Shown here in pieces: positions 60,972 to 64,000 of a DNA stretch of 64,000 nucleotides. A model generated the notes under the pieces. The model was not told the DNA's origin, did no database searches, and saw only the letters and a program-made list of their open reading frames with translations. Source of the DNA: an uncultured Actinomycetota bacterium (GTDB taxonomy: Bacteria; Actinomycetota; Actinomycetes; CAVWCF01); contig CAVWCF010000001.1 of the NCBI GenBank assembly GCA_963753435.1, forward strand, positions 1,440,001-1,504,000, in the 5' to 3' direction. Both the position numbers and the translations under genes were made by a program. How positions within the stretch are numbered: position 1 is the stretch's first letter; the number at the start of each line of letters is the position of its first letter.

Positions 60972-62741
60972 CTATCCGGAGAGCGCGATCTGCAGCCGTT
61001 CCGCCGCACCCTCGACGATCCGTACGGGGATGCCCCAGTCCTGTTGGTGGATGTGACAAGCGGCGTTGTCGCCGTCCTCGCAGCTGGCCGCGGTCGCCGC
61101 GACATGCAGGATGCCGTCGCCGACGGCTGGGTCGAGCCGCAGTGTTCGGCGCAGGTCGGTGGTTCGGCCTTCACCTTCGGCGAGCAGTTGCGGGGGAGTC
61201 GCAGTGATGTGCAGCCGGCTCGACGGTCCGTAGCGCTCGTCCAACTTCTGGCCGGGCGGTGGCGTGAAGAGCACTTCCAACTCAACCGTCGCGCCGACTT
61301 CGGTGGTTGGCCGCTGGGTGCGGTGCTCTTCGCTGCCGACGAGCTCGCCGGCGGTGATCGTCACGCTCGTCAGTCGGTGGGCGGCGGACTCCACGACCAG
61401 CAGGTCGGCGCCATCGAGAACCAACCCGCTCGGCTCGGCCAGTCCGGTCGCGAGTGTCCTTAGTTCATCGGCCTTGACGTCATACACGCGTACGGCGCCG
61501 TTGTAGGTGTCGGCCACGGCAATACGGCCGTCGCCTATCACCGTGACCCCGAGCGGGTGCTGGAGCAGCGCGTCGATCGCATCGCCGTCTCGGTGCCCGA
61601 AGTCGAACAGGCCGCGACCGATCACAGTGCTGACGCGGTACTCGGTGTTCGTCATCTCGACATAGCGCAGCGCCGACGTCTCGGAGTCGACGAACCAAAG
61701 CCGGTCACCGTCGGCGGCCAGACCGGAAGGCTGGGCCAGCCAGGCTTCGTCGGCCGGGCCGTCCCGCAGGCCTTCGTTGGTCGTGCCCGCCACCACTTCG
61801 ACTTCGCCGGTAGTCGGATCGAAAGCCCAAAGTTGGTGGATGCCCGCCATCGCGATCCACACGCGGTCGTGCCACCAGGCGACGTCCCACGGGCTCGACA
61901 GGGACGTGACCGGATCGCCCTGCATCCACTGGCGCCCGTCACCGGCGAGCGTGCTGACTTCGCCGGTGTTCAGACTCAACCCCCGCAACCTGTGATTGAC
62001 GGTGTCGGCGATGACGACGTCGTATCCCACTTGCGCGGCTACATCAGCCGGCAGCAGGCACAACCCGTTCGGCTCGTTGAACTGCGCGCTCTCGGCCGGA
62101 CCATCTGCGTGACCGCGCTCACCCGTCCCGTGCCGCCGCACAACATCGGCGTCACGAAGTAGGGCCACGGAGTGCTGCCCAGCGTCGGCAACGAGCAGAC
62201 CCGTAGTGGTGTGCACTGCTTTGGCGGGGAAGCGCAGCATCGTGGCGTCCGCCGCGGGAGCAACGAACGGCCCCGCCTTTCGCTGCAGCGTTCCCTCAGC
62301 TTCGGCTAGGGGAACCAGTTCCCGCAGCAACGCGGTGAGCGCGTGCGCATGCCCTTCTCCGGAGCCGGTCCAGGCGATGCGGCCGGCCGGGTCGACAAGA
62401 ACGAGCGTCGGCCAGGCCTTGATGGCGTAGGCGTTCCAGGTAACCAGGTCCGGGTCGTCCAGGACCGGGTGTTCGACGCCATAGCGCGCCACGGCCGCCA
62501 GCACCGAGGTGTGTTCGGCTTCGTGCACGAACTTCGGCGAATGGACGCCGACAACGACGAGGGCGTCGGCGAACTCCGCCTCGACCGGGCGGAGTTCGTC
62601 CAGCACGTGCAAGCAGTTGATGCAGCAGTAGGTCCAGAAATCGAGAAGGAGAAAACGCCCGCGGAAATCGCTCAGCGAGTAGGCCTGTCCGCCGGTGTTG
62701 ATCCAACCGCCACGGCCAACGAGTTCAGGAGCGCGCACCAT
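60972..62741 (-). CDS. NHL-repeat thioredoxin-like protein (NHLRC2-like)
   Basis: DFWTYCCINC, GVHSPKF, NHL repeats (AQPSGL, LLQHPLG, ADTYN). Confidence 0.9.
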   Translation of the reverse strand: MVRAPELVGRGGWINTGGQAYSLSDFRGRFLLLDFWTYCCINCLHVLDELRPVEAEFADALVVVGVHSPKFVHEAEHTSVLAAVARYGVEHPVLDDPDLVTWNAYAIKAWPTLVLVDPAGRIAWTGSGEGHAHALTALLRELVPLAEAEGTLQRKAGPFVAPAADATMLRFPAKAVHTTTGLLVADAGQHSVALLRDADVVRRHGTGERGHADGPAESAQFNEPNGLCLLPADVAAQVGYDVVIADTVNHRLRGLSLNTGEVSTLAGDGRQWMQGDPVTSLSSPWDVAWWHDRVWIAMAGIHQLWAFDPTTGEVEVVAGTTNEGLRDGPADEAWLAQPSGLAADGDRLWFVDSETSALRYVEMTNTEYRVSTVIGRGLFDFGHRDGDAIDALLQHPLGVTVIGDGRIAVADTYNGAVRVYDVKADELRTLATGLAEPSGLVLDGADLLVVESAAHRLTSVTITAGELVGSEEHRTQRPTTEVGATVELEVLFTPPPGQKLDERYGPSSRLHITATPPQLLAEGEGRTTDLRRTLRLDPAVGDGILHVAATAASCEDGDNAACHIHQQDWGIPVRIVEGAAERLQIALSG

Positions 62742-62794
62742 GAATGCATCCTCACCGACCTGCCGCTCTCTGGCTTGCGCTTCGCAGCCGTCTG

Positions 62795-63409
62795 TTATCC
62801 GTCCACTGCCTGGCGGGGACCGCGACTGCTAGGTGCGATCAGGAGCACAATGCCGGCCAGACCGGCCAGGACGATCCACGCAGTGACGTCGCCCGGTCCG
62901 GCCGCGCCCGGCAGCGGCAGCGCTTCCCAGGTGCGATAGGCCGGGTTGAATAGGGCCAGGCCGAGGATGGTGAATCCGAGCGCGCTGGCGATCACATCAC
63001 CAGGCGTCGACCTGCCAAAGCGGCGCAAGAGTGCAGCACCGGCCACGGCCAGCAGCGCGAGGCAGGAGGGCAGCAGCGCCAGTAGCCAGGCTTGGGGCGT
63101 GGGCTCAGCCGCGTTCCACCACCAGGCCAGGCCACAGATTGCGGCGACGACAGCGAGCAGTCCGAGTAGGCGTCCGGCCAGGTCCCACCAGGGGCTGCGC
63201 GGTGATGCGGCCACCACGGACACGGACGGGTCGTCCAGCAGGAAGGCGGCCGGTACGGCCAGGAGCAACAGCCCACCCCGTACTGCGCCAACAGCCCAGT
63301 CCTGGCCGTGGAAGCTCATGCCGATGATGAAGAGGATCAGCCCTGGCACGGCCGCGCCGGCCACGACGATCCAGTTGATCGCCCTCGCGGTGTGACCGGT
63401 GATGGCCAT
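62795..63409 (-). CDS. Hypothetical membrane protein (ABC-permease-like)
   Basis: Hydrophobic helices, AFLLDDPS..VAASP motif; ATG overlaps the upstream stop. Confidence 0.6.
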   Translation of the reverse strand: MAITGHTARAINWIVVAGAAVPGLILFIIGMSFHGQDWAVGAVRGGLLLLAVPAAFLLDDPSVSVVAASPRSPWWDLAGRLLGLLAVVAAICGLAWWWNAAEPTPQAWLLALLPSCLALLAVAGAALLRRFGRSTPGDVIASALGFTILGLALFNPAYRTWEALPLPGAAGPGDVTAWIVLAGLAGIVLLIAPSSRGPRQAVDG

Positions 63410-64000
63410 CAGCCCAGCAGAGACCACAGGTAGGTAGCTGCCGCAGCGATTCCGAACCCTGCACCGATGCGGGTCCACCGATGACGAGTCGCCCCGACGG
63501 CGTCCTTCATCACCGCCGCCCAGCACGCGAGCCCGGACAAACTGATGGCGTAAAGCAGGTGACCGATCGGAGATCCCTCTCGGATTCCCAGCAGTTCCGC
63601 ATCTTGGCCCTCGGGCTGATTGATCACCATCCAGTCCGCGTAGGGCATGCCCGCTGCAGTTGCCTGGACGAACACGTTGTCGCCGACTCCGGGTACCTGA
63701 ATGGCACCGCTGACGAAGAACAGCGTCGTAACTGTCACGACTAGTGCGACCAGAACACCGGCGCCCGGGAAGCGCAGCCATCGCCCCGCCGCGACACCCA
63801 GGGCCGGGGCGCCGAAGGATGCGACAACCCACCCGTCCACCTGCATCGCCAGAACGGCTAGCCAACCACCGGCGGTGGGCACCAGATCCGGCGGCGGCGG
63901 CCAGACCGCCCACGTGATGAGCCGCAGGGTCAGCATGGCCAGACCTGCAGCCGCAGGGACCAGGCAGGCCCCCAACAGGGCCAGAGTCCTGGTGGTGGCA
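63409..64000 (-). CDS. Hypothetical membrane protein, ABC-permease-like (5' end beyond the window)
   Basis: Hydrophobic ORF, LGVAAGRWLRFPG motif, reading frame open to the window edge. Confidence 0.6.
   Translation of the reverse strand, partial: ATTRTLALLGACLVPAAAGLAMLTLRLITWAVWPPPPDLVPTAGGWLAVLAMQVDGWVVASFGAPALGVAAGRWLRFPGAGVLVALVVTVTTLFFVSGAIQVPGVGDNVFVQATAAGMPYADWMVINQPEGQDAELLGIREGSPIGHLLYAISLSGLACWAAVMKDAVGATRHRWTRIGAGFGIAAAATYLWSLLG

Overview
High-GC actinobacterial chromosome segment, mostly conserved core genes: cca (partial)-MFS-ScyD/E-ino1-padR, a cell-wall cluster (DUF5318, class A PBP, GT87, Alr-like PLP enzyme, FemX), xth, rpsF-ssb-rpsR-rplI, MATE, dnaB, cydABDC with a DosS-like kinase and a convergent DosR-like regulator, purD/purA, an otsB-GH15-otsA trehalose cassette, pyrE, dnaK-grpE-dnaJ-hspR-clpB, a FadF-like Fe-S protein, dcd, tRNA-Gly(CCC), arsR/arsI, a fadE5-like acyl-CoA dehydrogenase and an NHL-thioredoxin protein. 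The best candidate for an undescribed system is a small accessory block after dnaB (about 17.2-19.7 kb). It holds a vapBC toxin-antitoxin pair, two secreted-protein genes that share an 'AA(T/S)LGG(I/L)' N-terminal motif and are hidden from the ORF track by frameshifts, and a SipW-type signal peptidase, with sigma-28/WhiG-like promoter motifs upstream. This looks like a TasA/SipW-style surface-fibre module. Also read directly from the DNA: an unlisted 47-aa membrane protein, operator-like sites (PadR, DosR, HspR/HAIR, ArsR, FdmR-like, DnaA boxes), an S6:S18-type leader and many apparently leaderless genes. No CRISPR array, integrase or transposase was seen. Family assignments come from motif recognition only; no database searches were run.
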